Source: Yeosuana sp. (GTDB lineage Bacteria; Bacteroidota; Bacteroidia; Flavobacteriales; Flavobacteriaceae). From it: a DNA stretch of 64,000 nucleotides. The stretch is from NCBI GenBank assembly GCA_036525815.1, contig DATCZQ010000184.1:39803-103802 (forward strand), given 5' to 3'. The notes under the pieces are model-generated. The model was not told where the DNA came from and made no database searches. It worked only from the letters and a program-made list of their open reading frames with translations. The position numbers and the translations under genes are program-made. Below are positions 30,850 through 41,600 of the stretch, piece by piece; the first letter of the stretch is position 1; each line of letters opens with the position of its first letter.

Positions 30850-31206
30850 ATGACCGATTTAGTTGAAGTAAAACCATCTCTACTCCATGGAAAAGGTGTT
30901 TTTGCATTGCGTAATATTGAAAAAGGAGAAGTACTGGTTAAGAGCCATATGGCACTGATACATGTCAATGAAAATTTACCAGAAGTGTTGGCAACACTTC
31001 AATTTCCATGGACAGAAGAGTATGATGCCATTTGTATCAGTGATGCGGGTAGCTTTTTTAATCATAGCAGTTCACCAAATGCCGAAGTTAAAACGCGAGA
31101 TTTTGATAATTTAATTCAAACTTTTATTGCGAAAACGGCTGTTGTTAAAGGAACCGAAATTACTATTTACTACAACGATGCTTTTGAGGATTTTGTTAAA
31201 GGTTAG
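30850..31206 (+). CDS. stand-alone SET-domain protein
   Basis: 118 aa; HGKGVFA, FFNHSSSPN, GTEITIYY; no post-SET cysteines. Confidence 0.88.
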   Translation: MTDLVEVKPSLLHGKGVFALRNIEKGEVLVKSHMALIHVNENLPEVLATLQFPWTEEYDAICISDAGSFFNHSSSPNAEVKTRDFDNLIQTFIAKTAVVKGTEITIYYNDAFEDFVKG

Positions 31207-31315
31207 AACCAAATTTAAGTAGATTTAATATTTGAGTAAAGTTCGTATATGCACTAAGATAATGTAATAAAATTAGTTAACTTGCTTTATAACTCTAATT
31301 TGTTTTGAAAAATAA

Positions 31316-32392
31316 ATGCCTGATAAAAACACGGCTGAATTTTTAGGTTACCTGCATAGTTTTAGAGGTCTTGCTATTTTAAAAATTGTATTTGGGCATG
31401 CGGTTGCAGCAGCCTGTATTGGTGCTTATGGCGTTTTTGATATTTCAAAACCAATACTGATAATAAGTGAAGTGTTTTACCATGATAGCACCCTTTACTT
31501 TGCTATGATTTCGGGGTTGTTGTTTTCAAAAATTTTAAAACCAAGAGGTTATTTTAAATTTTATAAGAGTAAGTTAAAACACATTGTCCTGCCTTATTTG
31601 TTTTTTACTGTGGTACTGACGCTTATTAAAATAAATTTGAGTCAGATTTCAAGTTTTCAAGATGGGTTTCAACTTGTGGTATCAAAAGTCTGGATGAATT
31701 TTATTTTTGGAAAAGCCAATTTTGCCTTGTGGTACATTCCTGTTTTATTTTTTCTTTATTTAGTGACGCCGGTGTTAGAATTCCTTCAAAGAAAGAATTC
31801 AATAACCAAAACACTATTCTTTTTAATTATAATAACACCACTTTTTATATCAAGAATTCAAAATTTGACGGAGTATCGTTTAAGTATTGAAACCATGATT
31901 TATTTTACCGGTGCTTATGCCTTAGGAATGTTTTTGGGTGTTGATTTAAACAAGAAATTAAGTTGGCTTAAAAAACATAAAAGTCTGTTTGGCTTAATAG
32001 GGTTTATTAGTTCGGCTTTCTTGTTTTATTTTTATATTCATGATATCGATTATTTAGGAATAGTGTCTCTTAAAGAAACGGTTTTCTATATTCAGAAAAT
32101 TAGTTTTGCAATCGTTTTTATTTTGTTGTTAAAAAGTCTTGAGGATAAACAACCTCAATGGTTAAAACCTATAGCAAGTGAATCTTTCTCAATTTATTTT
32201 ATTCATGGGTCTATTCTATATGGTATATCTCCATGGTTTACATTTCTTTTAAAATCTAATACCATGAATCCGTGGAATGTGGTTTTGGGAGCTGTTATTC
32301 TTTTTTCCTTAGTCCTGTTGATATGCATAGTCATGGTTGTTGTTTCTAAAAAACTTTTTGGGAAATATTCAAGAATGATTGTTGGGGCCTAA
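31316..32392 (+). CDS. acyltransferase-3 (OafA-like) membrane acyltransferase
   Basis: HSFRGLAIL..VFGH, FAMISG, LWYIP, SIYFIH; about 10 TM segments. Confidence 0.85.
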   Translation: MPDKNTAEFLGYLHSFRGLAILKIVFGHAVAAACIGAYGVFDISKPILIISEVFYHDSTLYFAMISGLLFSKILKPRGYFKFYKSKLKHIVLPYLFFTVVLTLIKINLSQISSFQDGFQLVVSKVWMNFIFGKANFALWYIPVLFFLYLVTPVLEFLQRKNSITKTLFFLIIITPLFISRIQNLTEYRLSIETMIYFTGAYALGMFLGVDLNKKLSWLKKHKSLFGLIGFISSAFLFYFYIHDIDYLGIVSLKETVFYIQKISFAIVFILLLKSLEDKQPQWLKPIASESFSIYFIHGSILYGISPWFTFLLKSNTMNPWNVVLGAVILFSLVLLICIVMVVVSKKLFGKYSRMIVGA

Positions 32393-32500
32393 TTTGTTAA
32401 AAAAAATAATAAACCCCACTGTAGTTCCAAAAACTATTTTTTTTAATAAATTTCAGCAATAATTTAATAAAAGTTTGACTTATAAAATAATAGATATCAT

Positions 32501-32929
32501 ATGAAAATTAAAGAGCAAATTTCAAACAACCATATTCTGGCAATCACCATAGGACTGGTTTATTTGTGGTTTGGTGGTTTAAAGTTTTTCCCAGGCTTAA
32601 GTCCGGCTGAAGATTTGGCTAAAAACACTATAGAGGTCCTGACTTTTGGCTTTATTCCAACTAATATTGCCATTATTTTACTGGCCATTTGGGAAACTTT
32701 TATTGGGGCCTTTTTAATTTTAAATATGTTTAGAAAGCCCGTAATTATTTTGGCTTTAGTACATATGGTTTTGACATTTACACCATTTATATTTTTTCCA
32801 AATCAGTCATTTAATAATTCACCTTTGGTATTTACCTTATTAGGGCAGTATATTTTTAAGAATGTCATTATTATTGGAGCCCTTTTAACTTTGTATAAAC
32901 AGCCTTTTTCTGTAAAAAGGATACTATAA
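32501..32929 (+). CDS. DoxX-family membrane protein
   Basis: 142 aa, hydrophobic; YLWFGGLKFF, GQYIFKN. Confidence 0.75.
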   Translation: MKIKEQISNNHILAITIGLVYLWFGGLKFFPGLSPAEDLAKNTIEVLTFGFIPTNIAIILLAIWETFIGAFLILNMFRKPVIILALVHMVLTFTPFIFFPNQSFNNSPLVFTLLGQYIFKNVIIIGALLTLYKQPFSVKRIL

Positions 32930-32930
32930 G

Positions 32931-32957
32931 AAAAGAGCATCTTGAGAATGCTCTTTT
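32931..32957. terminator. bidirectional intrinsic terminator between DoxX and leuB
   Basis: AAAAGAGCAT-7 nt-ATGCTCTTTT perfect stem between convergent genes. Confidence 0.8.
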
Positions 32958-33000
32958 ATAATCCATAATATTTATTGGTTTGCGTGACTAACTCAAATAT

Positions 33001-34119
33001 TTAAATGATTGTGGACTGTCCTAGATGTATGTTTCTGAAATTTAAATTAGTTTCTTCAGGGTGGTTAATAAAATCTTCTATAAAATCACCAACCTTACTT
33101 GTTGAGATATTATCATATTTTGTATTTAGATCTGGCGTTGTAATATGCAGTTTTAAAGATTTTTTAATGGCTTTTCTAATTAAAGCGGCTTCATCTAACA
33201 ATCCAAAATGATCCAATAACATGGTAGCGGATAAAATGGAGGCAATAGGGTTAGCAATACCTTTATCAGTAGCTTTGGAGTAAGCCCCATGAATAGGTTC
33301 AAACATAGCATATTTAGGTCCTAATGAGGCCGAGGCTAATAAACCAATAGAGCCCACAATAACACTTGCTTCTTCAGACAGAATATCACCAAACATGTTT
33401 TCAGTTAAAATAACATCAAACTGTCTTGGATTTAAAATAAGTTGCATGGCAGCATTATCTATATAAAAGAAATCTAAAGTGACATCTGGATATTGAGGTG
33501 CCATCTCCATGATCACTTTACGCCAAAGCCTAGAGCTTGCAAGAACATTAGCCTTGTCAACTAAAGTAAGTTTTCGTTTTCTTGACTGAGCTGCTTTAAA
33601 CGCTAAATGAGCAATGCGTTCGATCTCAAAACGATTATACTGACAAACGTCAGAAGCTGATTGTCCATCTTCACTTAAAGTTTTTTCGCCATAATAAATG
33701 CCAGCACTTAATTCACGATAAATTATAATGTCAGTATCTTTAATGCACTTATTTTTTAAAGGGGAATGATTTAAGAGGTCTTCATAAGCAATAACCGGTC
33801 TTATGTTAGCAAACAAATCAAGTTCTTTACGCAATCTTAAAAGGCCTTGTTCTGGTCTTACTTTGGCATCGGGGTCAAAATTATATTTAGGTTCTCCAAT
33901 GGCTCCAAAAAGAATGGCATCTGCTTTTTTACATATTGAAAGTGTCTCTTCTGGTAGAGCGGTTTCTGTGTTTTTAATAGCTGCACCACCAATTAACCCA
34001 TATTCAAAAGTAAATATGTGACCAAACTCCATGGCAATGGCTTTTAAAACTTTTACAGCTTGGGAAGTAACTTCTGGCCCAATGCCATCACCAGGTAAAA
34101 CGGCAATATGTAGTGTCAT
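33001..34119 (-). CDS. leuB: 3-isopropylmalate dehydrogenase
   Basis: LPGDGIGPEV, RPEQGLL, NMFGDILSEEAS, MFEPIHG; short C-terminal extension. Confidence 0.93.
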   Translation of the reverse strand: MTLHIAVLPGDGIGPEVTSQAVKVLKAIAMEFGHIFTFEYGLIGGAAIKNTETALPEETLSICKKADAILFGAIGEPKYNFDPDAKVRPEQGLLRLRKELDLFANIRPVIAYEDLLNHSPLKNKCIKDTDIIIYRELSAGIYYGEKTLSEDGQSASDVCQYNRFEIERIAHLAFKAAQSRKRKLTLVDKANVLASSRLWRKVIMEMAPQYPDVTLDFFYIDNAAMQLILNPRQFDVILTENMFGDILSEEASVIVGSIGLLASASLGPKYAMFEPIHGAYSKATDKGIANPIASILSATMLLDHFGLLDEAALIRKAIKKSLKLHITTPDLNTKYDNISTSKVGDFIEDFINHPEETNLNFRNIHLGQSTII

Positions 34120-34134
34120 TTTTTTATTATACGT

Positions 34135-35310
34135 TTATGCTGAAATAATTTCCTTATACACTATGCTAGACTCTATTATTTGATGGATATCTGAATCATC
34201 TACTTCTTTCTTTTTATCAGCAAAATCTAAAAAGTTAGAATAAATTTCATCCAGTTGTAATTTCGTTAATTCATAACCAATATTTTTAGCTCTGTAAGCC
34301 AAAGCAGCTCTTCCACTCCTGGCCGTTAAAACAATGGATGATTCGGTAACACCCACATCTTTTGGATCAATGATTTCATAGGTTTCCCGGTTTTTAATCA
34401 CCCCATCCTGATGAATACCAGAACTATGAGCAAAAGCATTGGCACCAACGATAGCTTTATTTGGTTGTGTGTAAATACCCATACTATCAGAGACTAAGTG
34501 GCTAATACCATAAAGCATTTCTGTTTTAATATTAGTGTCTAATTTTAAATATGGGTGTTGTTTTAATATCATGACAACTTCTTCAAGAGCGGTGTTTCCA
34601 GCGCGTTCGCCTATTCCATTAATGGTACATTCAATTTGTCTAGCACCGTTAATGACCCCTTCAATTGAATTGGCCGTTGCTAAACCTAAATCATTATGAC
34701 AATGACAAGATAAAACAGCTTTTTCAATTCCTCTCACATTTTCTCTTAAATATTTGATTTTTGCCCCATATTCATGCGGTAAGCAATAACCCGTAGTGTC
34801 TGGGATATTTAGTACCGTTGCCCCAGCTTTAATAACCGTTTCACAAACTCTGGCTAAATACTCATTGTCAGTTCTTCCCGCATCTTCAGCGTAAAATTCT
34901 ACATCTTCAACGAAAGATTTGGCATATTTAACGGCTTCAAAAGCACGTTTTAAAATGTCTTCTTGATTTGATTTAAACTTAAATTTTATATGAGAATCTG
35001 AAGTGCCAATACCCGTATGAATTCTTGGTTTTTTAGCGTATTTCAAGGCTTCAGCAGCCACTTTTATGTCATTTTCAACAGATCTGGTTAGTCCACAAAC
35101 GGTGGCATGTTTTATTAATTTTGATATGGCTTCAACTGATTTGAAATCACCTGGACTTGAAACAGGAAAACCCGCTTCAATCACATCAACTCCTAATAAA
35201 TCAAGCTGCTCAGCTATTATTAATTTTTGTTCTGTATTTAGTTTACAACCAGGAACTTGCTCTCCATCCCTCAACGTGGTATCAAAAATTTGTACGTTCT
35301 TATCTAACAT
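34135..35310 (-). CDS. leuA: 2-isopropylmalate synthase, short form without the regulatory domain
   Basis: [33 protein letters not shown]; ends at 391 aa. Confidence 0.92.
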   Translation of the reverse strand: MLDKNVQIFDTTLRDGEQVPGCKLNTEQKLIIAEQLDLLGVDVIEAGFPVSSPGDFKSVEAISKLIKHATVCGLTRSVENDIKVAAEALKYAKKPRIHTGIGTSDSHIKFKFKSNQEDILKRAFEAVKYAKSFVEDVEFYAEDAGRTDNEYLARVCETVIKAGATVLNIPDTTGYCLPHEYGAKIKYLRENVRGIEKAVLSCHCHNDLGLATANSIEGVINGARQIECTINGIGERAGNTALEEVVMILKQHPYLKLDTNIKTEMLYGISHLVSDSMGIYTQPNKAIVGANAFAHSSGIHQDGVIKNRETYEIIDPKDVGVTESSIVLTARSGRAALAYRAKNIGYELTKLQLDEIYSNFLDFADKKKEVDDSDIHQIIESSIVYKEIISA

Positions 35311-35458
35311 TTATTCAAATAAATTTTCTTATTGTATTACGAATGTATATTTTGGTTTCGTGAATTTAGAATTCAACATGTTTTTATTACGATGTTTAAC
35401 CTATTTATAAGAAGTTTAATAAATTGTATTTCAGTTATTTAGTCTTATTTTTACAACT

Positions 35459-37009
35459 ATGACAAAAGAGCAAAAAGATAATCTGTTTGTGTTAATAAAA
35501 TCACTGTCAAAATCAGAGAAGCGACAGTTTAAACTTTATGTTGGTAGATTAGGGGTCAATGAAGATTCAAAATTTTTAACGCTCTTCAATATTTTAGAAA
35601 AACTTCCTTATTATGATGAATCTACTATTCTTAAAAAAGGCATTGTTAAAAAACAGCAATTGTCAAATTTAAAAGCACATTTATACAAACAAATTCTTAT
35701 TAGTTTAAGACTTAATCCGTCACATCAAAATATTAGAATTCAGATCAGAGAGCAATTGGATTTTGCTACTATACTATATCATAAAGGATTATATAAGCAA
35801 AGTTTAAAAATTTTAGATAAGGCTAAAAGCTTAGCTATTGCTAATGAAGAAAAAAATATTGCTTATGAAATTGTGGAACTGGAAAAAGTTATTGAATCAC
35901 AATATATTACCAGAAGTATAAGCAGTAGAGCTGATGAATTAACCATACAAGCAAAAGAGCTAAGTCAGCAAAATGTTTTAGCTAGTAAATTGTCAAATTT
36001 ATCGCTTCAGTTATATGGTTTATTTTTAAAAACAGGCTATGTTAAAAATGACAAAGAGAACAAAAGAATCACTAAATATTTTAATGACAGGCTTCCTAAA
36101 TACGATATTAATACTTTAGGTTTTAGAGAGAAATTATGGCTTTATAAAGCACATTTATGGTATAGTTTTTTGACACAGGATTTTTTGGCATGTTATAAAT
36201 ATTCATCAAAATGGGTGACTTTGTTTTATGATAATCAAGACCAGATTGTTTTAAACCCTGTTTTTTTTCTAAAAGGGAATCATTACTTATTAGAGTCTTT
36301 ATTCTATTTAAGGCATTATGAAAAATTTAAGTCAACCTTGAATGAATTAGAAACCATAACTAAAGAGTCGTGGTTTCCATTAGATGACAATGTTGAAGGT
36401 TTAGCCTTCCTGTATGTTTATAATAACAAATTTAATTTACATTTTATTGAAGGTAGTTTTCAAGAGGGTTTACCAATGATAAATGTGGTCTTGGAAAATT
36501 TAAAAAAATATCAAGATAGAATTGATGAGCACCATGTCATGGTATTTTACTATAAAATTGCGAGTCTGTATTTTGGGGCAGGCGAAAATAAAAAATGCAT
36601 CTTCTTTTTAGAAAAAATCATTGAAAATAAGTCACTTGAAATGAGAGAGGACTTATTGTGCTTTGCCCGCATTTTAAACCTAGTGGCTCATTATGAAGCA
36701 GGTTTGGATTATAATTTGGAAGCGCTTATAAAAAGCACCTTTAAATTTTTAATTAAAATGGAGGATCTTTATGAGGTTCAGAAGGAAATCATCAAATTTT
36801 TGAGAAAATTAGGGGATATTTTTCCACATGAAGTTAAAGGTGAATTTGTTAAACTTCATGATAAATTGAAGGAGTTTGAAGAGGATCCTTATCAAAGTAG
36901 AGCCTTCTTGTATTTAGATATAATTTCATGGTTAGAATCAAAAATAGACAGTAAACCAATTGGATTAGTAATAAAAGAAAAATTTGAAGCGAATTTGCTG
37001 AGGAAATAA
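35459..37009 (+). CDS. conserved hypothetical all-alpha (TPR-like) protein
   Basis: 516-aa open frame with normal codon usage; LIKSLSKSEKRQFKLY N-terminus; amphipathic helical repeats; no signal or TM segment. Confidence 0.7.
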   Translation: MTKEQKDNLFVLIKSLSKSEKRQFKLYVGRLGVNEDSKFLTLFNILEKLPYYDESTILKKGIVKKQQLSNLKAHLYKQILISLRLNPSHQNIRIQIREQLDFATILYHKGLYKQSLKILDKAKSLAIANEEKNIAYEIVELEKVIESQYITRSISSRADELTIQAKELSQQNVLASKLSNLSLQLYGLFLKTGYVKNDKENKRITKYFNDRLPKYDINTLGFREKLWLYKAHLWYSFLTQDFLACYKYSSKWVTLFYDNQDQIVLNPVFFLKGNHYLLESLFYLRHYEKFKSTLNELETITKESWFPLDDNVEGLAFLYVYNNKFNLHFIEGSFQEGLPMINVVLENLKKYQDRIDEHHVMVFYYKIASLYFGAGENKKCIFFLEKIIENKSLEMREDLLCFARILNLVAHYEAGLDYNLEALIKSTFKFLIKMEDLYEVQKEIIKFLRKLGDIFPHEVKGEFVKLHDKLKEFEEDPYQSRAFLYLDIISWLESKIDSKPIGLVIKEKFEANLLRK

Positions 37010-37100
37010 TAATTTTTCTTTTTTTTTTCGATAAAAATTAGGATTTTAAATTTTTCTAACTGAATATTTGTACTCACAAAGTTCAATAACTTATTGAAAT

Positions 37101-37214
37101 GTTATCAAGAAAGGTGGAGGGATTAGACCCTGTGAAACCTTAGCAACCCTTTATTCGTAAAGAAGGTGCTAAATTCTACTTAAATAGTATTAATTGCTGT
37201 TTTAGATAGATAAC
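37101..37214 (+). ncRNA. SAM-I riboswitch upstream of metY
   Basis: GTTATC..GATAAC P1; ATCAAGA, GGAGGGA/CCCTGTGAAACC kink-turn, GCAACC, GGTGCTAAATTC. Confidence 0.95.
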
Positions 37215-37215
37215 T

Positions 37216-37254
37216 AGAAAAAAATTACCGGTTGTAATTTTATAGTTTCTTTTT
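37216..37254 (+). terminator. expression-platform terminator of the first SAM riboswitch
   Basis: AAAATTAC-CGGTT-GTAATTTT stem extended by AGAAA/TTTCT, then a T run. Confidence 0.6.
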
Positions 37255-37335
37255 AACATTTTTCTATTAAGTACATCAATTTTGATGCATTTGACTTTTG
37301 TTTTAATATTTATTAACTCAAAAAAAACTAGAAAA

Positions 37336-38610
37336 ATGAGTACACAAAATTTAGCCACTAAGGCATTACATGCAGGCCACAACGTCACTGCAAATGGCGG
37401 AACGAGAGCAGTTCCAATCTATCAAACAACTTCGTATGTTTTTAATGATTCAGACCATGCGGCAAACCTGTTTTCTTTAAAGGAATTAGGGTTTATTTAC
37501 ACTAGGCTTAATAATCCTACCAATGATATTTTACAACAGCGTTTGGCAGCTCTTGAAGGTGGTGTGGGCGCCGTTGTATTTGCTTCGGGAACGGCGGCTA
37601 TTTCAACAGGTCTTTTAACCTTACTAAAAGCAGGTGATCATATTGTAGCATCCAGTAGTTTATATGGTGGAACCTATAACTTATTGAAAGTAACTTTGCC
37701 GAGATTAGGTATCACAACAACATTTGTTAATGCAGATAATCCTGATAACTTTAAGGAAGCTGTTAAAGAAAATACAAGAGCTTTTTTTGTAGAGTCCTTA
37801 GGAAATCCAAAATTAGATGTTTTAGATTTAGAGGCGATTGCTGAACATTCAAAAGCTGCTGGGGTTCCTTTTATTGTTGATAATACTGTTGCAACTCCAG
37901 CCTTATTAAATCCTATAGAGCATGGTGCTAATATTGTAATTCATTCGTTGACAAAATACATTGGGGGTCAAGGCAACTCTTTAGGAGGCGCTATAGTTGA
38001 TGCCGGTACGTTTGATTGGGCCAATGGTAAATTTCCCGAATTTACAACACCTTCGGCTGGTTATCATGGTTTGGTCTACAGTGAAGCTTTAGGTGCAGCA
38101 GCTTATACTTTTAAATTAATTTTGGAAGGTTTAAGAGATTTTGGAGGTGCTTTAAGTCCATTCAATGCTTTTCAAATTATTCAAGGTTTGGAAACTTTAC
38201 CTGTAAGAATAAAACAACACAGCGAAAATGCTTTAGAGCTTGCAAAATGGTTAGAAAAACAAGATGAAGTAGCTTGGGTAAATTATCCAGGCTTAAAATC
38301 GAGCAAGTATCATGGACTAGCAACTAAATATTTACCAAAAGGTCAAAGTGGCATTGTAACCTTTGGCGCTAAAGGTGGTTATGATGCTGCAAAAGCAATT
38401 GCTGATAATTCAACATTATTTTCATTGTTGGCAAATATTGGTGATACAAAATCACTCATTATTCATCCGGCAAGTACCACACACCAACAATTAACTGATA
38501 AGGAACAGGAGTCTACTGGCGTTTCTAAAGATTTAATTCGCTTGTCTGTTGGAATTGAGGCTATTGAAGATTTAAAGGCTGATTTAAAAGAAGCTTTCAG
38601 TAAAATTTAA
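37336..38610 (+). CDS. metY: O-acetylhomoserine aminocarboxypropyltransferase (sulfhydrylase)
   Basis: AVPIYQTTSY, YTRLNNPT, HSLTKY, LANIGDTKSL, HPASTTH; ATG at 37336. Confidence 0.93.
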   Translation: MSTQNLATKALHAGHNVTANGGTRAVPIYQTTSYVFNDSDHAANLFSLKELGFIYTRLNNPTNDILQQRLAALEGGVGAVVFASGTAAISTGLLTLLKAGDHIVASSSLYGGTYNLLKVTLPRLGITTTFVNADNPDNFKEAVKENTRAFFVESLGNPKLDVLDLEAIAEHSKAAGVPFIVDNTVATPALLNPIEHGANIVIHSLTKYIGGQGNSLGGAIVDAGTFDWANGKFPEFTTPSAGYHGLVYSEALGAAAYTFKLILEGLRDFGGALSPFNAFQIIQGLETLPVRIKQHSENALELAKWLEKQDEVAWVNYPGLKSSKYHGLATKYLPKGQSGIVTFGAKGGYDAAKAIADNSTLFSLLANIGDTKSLIIHPASTTHQQLTDKEQESTGVSKDLIRLSVGIEAIEDLKADLKEAFSKI

Positions 38611-38624
38611 ATATAAGACCCATC

Positions 38625-41600
38625 TTGAAAAAGGCGTTGCAACATGTTATTGTCAAAGATTTTATTACAGAAAACAAGACTGAAAATTCTGAAATAAAAT
38701 TAAGCTATCAATTATTTGGTTTACCCTTAGGTGAAGCACCCATTGTATTGGTGAATCATGCTCTTACCGGTAATAGTAATGTAGCAGGGGAGGATGGCTG
38801 GTGGAAAGACCTTATTGGTGATGATAAAGTTATTGACACCAAAATTTATACGGTTCTGGCCTTTAATATTCCTGGGAATGGGTTTGACAGTTTTGTGATT
38901 GAAAATTACAAAGATTTTGTTGCCCGAGATATCGCTCGCTTGTTTTTAATCGGATTAAAGGAATTAAAAATAGAAAAACTTTTTGCTGTTATAGGGGGGT
39001 CTTTAGGAGGTGGCATTGCCTGGGAAATGGCAGTATTAGCGCCAGACATTACAGAGCATTTAATTCCTGTTGCCACAGATTGGAAATCTACAGATTGGTT
39101 GATAGCCAATTGCCAGATTCAAGAACAGTTTTTATTGAATTCTAAAAATCCCGTTCATGATGCCAGAATGCATGCCATGTTATGTTATAGAACACCAGAA
39201 TCTTTTAATGAGCGCTTCCAGAGATCAAAAAATGATGAATTGGAAATTTTTAATGTGGAGAGTTGGTTGTTGCATCATGGTAAAAAATTGCAGGAGCGGT
39301 TTCAGTTGTCGGCTTATAAATTAATGAATCAACTTTTAAAGACTATCGATGTTACTAAAAACAGATCCAGAGATTTTAATGTATTAGAAAATATTCATGC
39401 TAATATTCACATCGTTGGCGTTGATTCTGATTTGTTTTTTACGGCAGAAGAAAACAGGCAAACACACAAACAGCTTGCGGTAACAAATCCAAATGTCACT
39501 TATAATGAAATACATTCGGTACATGGGCATGATGCTTTTTTAATGGAATATGAACAATTAGAAAAAATTATAGAAGGCATTTTTGTGCCAAATTCTAAAA
39601 GAAAAAAAATGAAAGTATTAAAGTTTGGAGGGAAATCTCTAGCCAATGGAAAAGGTCTTCAGGCCGTTTTAAATATCATTGAAACTAAAATATTAGATGG
39701 TGAGAGAATTACGGTGGTAGCTTCGGCAAGAGGTGAGGCAACTGATGAACTGGAGACTATTCTGAGTAAGGCATCAAAAAGTTTAACATATAAGGAAGAT
39801 TTAGAAGCCTTCAAAGCATATCAATTAGAACCTTTAAAAGATATTGATTTTTCAAAAGAATTTTCAGTATTAGACAAATTGTTTGAAGGGGTCAGTTTGC
39901 TGGGTGATTACAGTCAAAAAACAAAAGATGAAATTTTGGCTCAAGGGGAATTACTGTCTGTAAAAATGATCTCAAGTTTATTGAATGCTAAAAATATTAA
40001 AGCATTAGCCGTTGATTCCAGAGCATTAATAAAGACGGATGGTAATTTTGGAAATGCAAAACCTATTGCCAATTTATCAAAAGATAATGTCAAAAATTTC
40101 TATAAAAACAGTCCTAATGAGGTCGTGAAAATAGTTACTGGTTTTATTGCAAGCAATGCCCAAAACGAAACAACAACCCTCGGCAGAAATGGAAGTAACT
40201 ATACGGCAGCATTAATTGCTAATTATTTAGATGCAGATGAATTACAAAACTATACACATGTCAATGGGATTTTTACCGCTAACCCGGATTTGGTCGAGGA
40301 TGCTCAAAAAATACGTGAGTTATCTTTTAGTGAAGCCAATGAGCTTGCTAATTTTGGCACTACTGTTTTACATGCTAAAACCATTATTCCTTTGGTGGAA
40401 AAAAACATCAATCTGCGTATTTTAAATACTTTTAATTCTGAAGATGAAGGCACTTTGATAACCGCAAAACCAAACTCTAAAGAAGTAACTTCTTTATCAG
40501 TTTTAGATAATGTCGCTTTATTGAATTTGGAAGGCCGAGGTTTGTTGGGTAAAAGTGGTGTGGATGCCAGAATTTTTGCTGCCCTGGCGGGACAGGATAT
40601 CAGTGTGAGTATTATTTCTCAAGGGTCTTCTGAAAGAGGCATTGGATTAATTATTAATGCCGATAAAGCGACAAAAGCAGTGATCGCTTTAGAACGAGAA
40701 TTTGAAAATGATTTTTATTCTCAAGATGTCAATAAGATAGGAATTGTTGACGACGTTGCAGTAATCTCAATCATCGGTATTGAATTGAGTTCATTCCATA
40801 AACCATTTAATGCGCTTATTAAAAACCAAATTACACCCTTGTTGTTCAATAATACAGTTACAGGAAGAAATGTAAGTTTAGTAGTTAAAAAGAGCCAGCT
40901 ACATAAAGCTATGAATGTGATTCATGGGGAGATTTTTGGGGTTTCTAAAAAAATTAATATCGCCATTTTCGGGCATGGTTTAGTTGGAGGAGCACTAATA
41001 AATCAGATTTTAAAATCAAAAGAAGATATTGAAAAAAGGAAAGGAATCAATCTAAATATTTTTGCGATTGCTAATTCAAAAAAATTGTTATTAAGCAAGA
41101 ATGGGGTGGATAAAAAATGGAAGGACTCTATCAAAGTGTCAACGGGGGAAAGTTCGATTGACGATGTTATCACTTATGCGAAAAAGTATCATTTAGAGAA
41201 TTTAATTGCTGTTGATAATACGGCAAGCTCCAATTTCTATACTCATTATATTCCTTTAATAGAGGCGGGATTTGATTTAGTGTCATCCAATAAAATAGCG
41301 AATACAATTTCTCATGATTTTTATGAGGATTTGAGGAGTCATCTCAAAAAGAATAACAAGCAATATTTATATGAAACAACGGTTGGTGCAGGTTTACCCT
41401 TAATTGATACTATTAAGTTATTACATGAATCTGGCGAGAATATCACAAGGATCCGTGGTGTTTTTTCTGGGACATTAAGTTATTTATTTAATAATTTTTC
41501 TGTTCAAGATAAACCATTCAGTACTATTGTTCAAGAAACCATTGATAAAGGATTCACAGAACCTGACCCAAGAGAAGATTTTTCTGGCAATGATGTGGCT

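Noticed and set aside
35330-35380. Minus-strand mini-ORF MLNSKFTKPKYTFVIQ upstream of leuA
   Set aside because: One Leu codon only, and it overlaps the probable -7 box, so it is not a leucine attenuator.
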